Of a stretch of DNA of 32,000 nt, positions 29,507 through 32,000 are shown one piece after another. Numbering within the stretch: position 1 is the first letter of the stretch; each line of letters starts with the position of its first letter. Below the pieces are notes generated by a model that was given only the letters and a program-made list of their open reading frames with translations, did no database searches and was not told the DNA's origin. This DNA comes from Trichodesmium erythraeum IMS101 (GTDB taxonomy: Bacteria > Cyanobacteriota > Cyanobacteriia > Cyanobacteriales > Microcoleaceae): positions 3,720,001 to 3,752,000 of the forward strand of contig NC_008312.1 of NCBI RefSeq assembly GCF_000014265.1. Reading direction: 5' to 3'. The position numbers and the translations under genes are program-made.

Positions 29507-30905
29507 AGAGTTCTTGTCAGACAAAACTCCGATGTCCCTTGATGTTTTACTGGCACAAATATACTCCATCGGTCATACTTTTGTTAACGACCTAAACTTA
29601 TACTATTGGCAGGAAATAAGTAAGACGAATTACCATTGCCTTTTTTGGTGCCTTAGACTATTCAACCCAAGAATTTATTGGCCTTGAAAAGAAGCGGCAA
29701 GACTGAAAATATAATGAAATTTACTAAGTATTTGGAGCTTGCTGATTAACTCTCAAAGCATTGACAAAAATTATGCCTAAGGCAAATTTTGAATTTATCA
29801 AAGTACAACAAGTAAGGTTACTCAAGCTCATGGATAGATCGGATGAGTGGGCATACCTAGACCGAAAAATCAGGGGACAATTCTTAGTACAGTGGACCTA
29901 GTCACCTTGCTATTTATCTGTGTTTCCCTGCCTCTGTACTTTTATTTTTCCGTAGAACAACTCTCATCCCATTAGACAATAGATATGCTAACCCTATTTA
30001 CATTAGCAAAAGCAGGAAAAAAGATGAGCAATATTTGGATATAGAGCTACTGATTATAATTTGATAGAATTTTGAGAAGATTTAATGACAATTAATACTA
30101 AAAAAACTACAGCAGAATAGTGAATAAATTGTACAAAATGTGCTCCGGGGTATTCGGAGCAAAACCTTGTTAAAGATATTTAGTAAAAAGGTACAAATTT
30201 CATTATTGATGTACTAAAATAGGTTTAATATATACTTAAATATTTTTTTGATTGTACTGCAAATTACCGTAATTCATGACATTAAATTATCTAGAATTAA
30301 GGCTACAAAAAAGTTGTATAAATACCTAGAAAATTGGAAAATATGTGACTACTCTCTCTCTTATTTTTACACTCCGATCAATAGGATTTATAACTAAATT
30401 AACCTCATATTTATAAACAAATACGCTTATTATGTATATCTATTAAATCTAACAATTTTCGAGACTCATAGGTTTTTTATTAATATATTTTCTCTCATAT
30501 TCCAAAGCCAAAATACTTTTTTTCTACTTATATTGAGTTTTTTTAAAGTTCGCTACATTATTGGTACACTAACTTTTATTGCTGCCTGACTTCTTAAATG
30601 CTGGGATAGTTTTTTAGATAAAGACTTACTTAACTTTCGTTCTTTATAGATTCTCTAAAAAAGGCTACTTCTTAATTCGTTTCTTTAATGGTAATGGTGC
30701 TTTAATTTTTTGACTATGTACGAACACTCTTATGCAATGTCACTACCGTAGCAAAAATTTAAATTCCGAAACCTATACTTAGCTAATGCTAAAACTATTT
30801 TTAGTTTTCCAATTTTAGGGTAGTTAGTGACTTTATGTTTAACTACTTTAAATCCAGTAGATGGTAAGTAAATCAGCACAGTTTGTCCGTGAAGGTATTA
30901 ACATA

Positions 30906-30939
30906 AGTTGGGTAAGTTACCCTAACCCAACTCGTTTTT
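30906..30939 (+). terminator. Candidate intrinsic terminator in ORF-free DNA
   Basis: AGTTGGGT (30906-30913) pairs with ACCCAACT (30925-30932) across an 11-nt loop, followed by CG and T5 (30935-30939). No ORF lies upstream on the + strand. Confidence 0.3.
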
Positions 30940-31593
30940 ATTGGACGTGAGACTTTCTACCTCATCCTGACTCCTTTCCTAGACATTCCTGATCATGGGT
31001 ACATCCTAATTTGGTGAGTTAACATACCATCAACCCATATATAATTTTCCCGTAGGTTCCATGGCTTACATTTCAGATATGCCTTATTACCTGATACAGT
31101 TTTACAGTCGTGGCAATTTTGCTAGAACAGCTATTTATTCTTGTATGTGTTGTCACCACCCTCAAACCTTTGTTTTCTGTGGTCTACTTTCATGAGGTCT
31201 GTTGGTTTGAAGTTTCGTCCACAAGATGCCCATTTATTCTTTTGCGGTTACTGTCATTCCAAACCCTGGACGTGTAATTTCCAGCATTCCCCCAGAAAGC
31301 CTTGCAAAAACAGACTTAACCAAATAAATTATGGCGTTGATTTTTATCCCGTTGTGGGATAGATACAATACTTCAATCTAGGGAGTCATAATTTGACTTT
31401 TTAACTAACATTTAAAAGAACTTATCTATGAAAAACAATCAACTAAAAAGTTAGCCAAGAAAGATAAAAATTTTAACCCAGTTTTTCAGCTATCTAGCTT
31501 TTTTATTAAGAAAAACTATCCTAAAGGCTAAAATTAAGACAAATTTTATTTTAGTTAATACTATTCTTTAAAAGAAGAGGTAATTTTTAATTG

Positions 31594-32000
31594 TCATGTT
31601 GTTAACTTTGGAAGTGTTGCTATTCGTTCTGGTAAAGTATCTTTACTAAGTAAATCTTGATAAGTTTCCCTCTGTAAAATTATATTAACCTCCTTTTCAG
31701 CAACCAAAACTGCTGCTGGGCGTGGCAAACGATTATAGTTAGAAGCCATACTATAATTGTAAGCACCTGTAGCCATAACTACAAAACAATCTCCTGGTTG
31801 AGTTACTGGTAAGGTAGCATTCTTGATCAAAATATCACCAGACTCACAATGTTTACCAGCAATAGTAACTACTTCTGTGCTTGGCTTAGATAATCTATTA
31901 GCTACAATTGCTCGATAAACTGATTGATAAGTAATTGGTCGAGGATTATCTGACATTCCCCCATCTACAGATATATAAGTTCTAATTTCAGGAATTTCTT
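31594..32000 (-). CDS. lysA: Diaminopimelate decarboxylase, C-terminal part (5' end outside the window)
   Basis: The frame stays open to the window edge: ...EIPEIRTYISVDGGMSDNPRPITYQSVY...ATGAYNYSMASNYNRLPRPAAVLV. These are canonical LysA C-terminal motifs. The Met at 31956 in the track is internal. Confidence 0.9.
   Translation of the reverse strand, partial: EIPEIRTYISVDGGMSDNPRPITYQSVYRAIVANRLSKPSTEVVTIAGKHCESGDILIKNATLPVTQPGDCFVVMATGAYNYSMASNYNRLPRPAAVLVAEKEVNIILQRETYQDLLSKDTLPERIATLPKLTT

Noticed and set aside
30254-30267. Perfect NtcA consensus GTA-N8-TAC (GTActgcaaatTAC) in the lysA-cdaA wedge
   Set aside because: The 6-nt palindromic consensus is expected several times by chance in 32 kb of AT-rich DNA. 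The nearest TAN3T boxes are at non-canonical spacing (about 15 and 24 nt), and no gene lies downstream.
31141-31362. 73-aa Cys-rich ORF in the lysA-cdaA wedge
   Set aside because: It uses a TTG start, has no ribosome-binding context and an implausible composition. It is probably a chance ORF or a fragment of a decayed gene.

Overview
AT-rich chromosomal window from a cyanobacterium, probably a filamentous Nostocales-type lineage. Evidence for this: at least eight HIP1 octamers (GCGATCGC at 4882, 7177, 11626, 15548, 16849, 18097, 21221, 22636) where fewer than one is expected by chance, STRR-like heptamer tracts, and a lysA/cdaA/uppS neighbourhood. Intact genes I can support are a 5'-truncated ABC-2 permease, an FGE/SUMF1-domain protein, ridA, a ~1200-aa multi-PAS class III adenylate cyclase, a complete type I R-M operon (hsdM, hsdS, hsdR), a poly-proline membrane protein, a DJ-1/PfpI protein, lepA, a small RHH-like protein, a J-domain membrane protein, a DUF3143-like protein, uppS, cdaA and the 3' end of lysA. 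By my own feature table only about 18.4 of 32 kb (~58%) is intact coding sequence. The rest is decayed genes, IS200/IS605 debris and ORF-free AT-rich DNA, so the genome looks eroded. The best candidate for something undescribed is a two-gene cassette between hsdM and hsdS: a DUF4365-like PD-(D/E)XK protein plus an unknown partner. Both are translationally coupled to the operon, kept perfectly in frame, and broken only by three nonsense codons. The cassette lies in DNA with extreme G>>C strand asymmetry, and the asymmetry flips to C>>G in the 5' half of hsdR. Other points worth a second look are a solo TnpB omega-RNA/right-end remnant abutting the lepA start, twin hairpins with minus-strand-specific wobble compensation downstream of lepA, a TCCGGA-bearing repeat array upstream of the cyclase, and a 2.5 kb ORF-free wedge splitting lysA from cdaA-uppS. 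All family assignments rest on motif recognition by eye; no searches were run.
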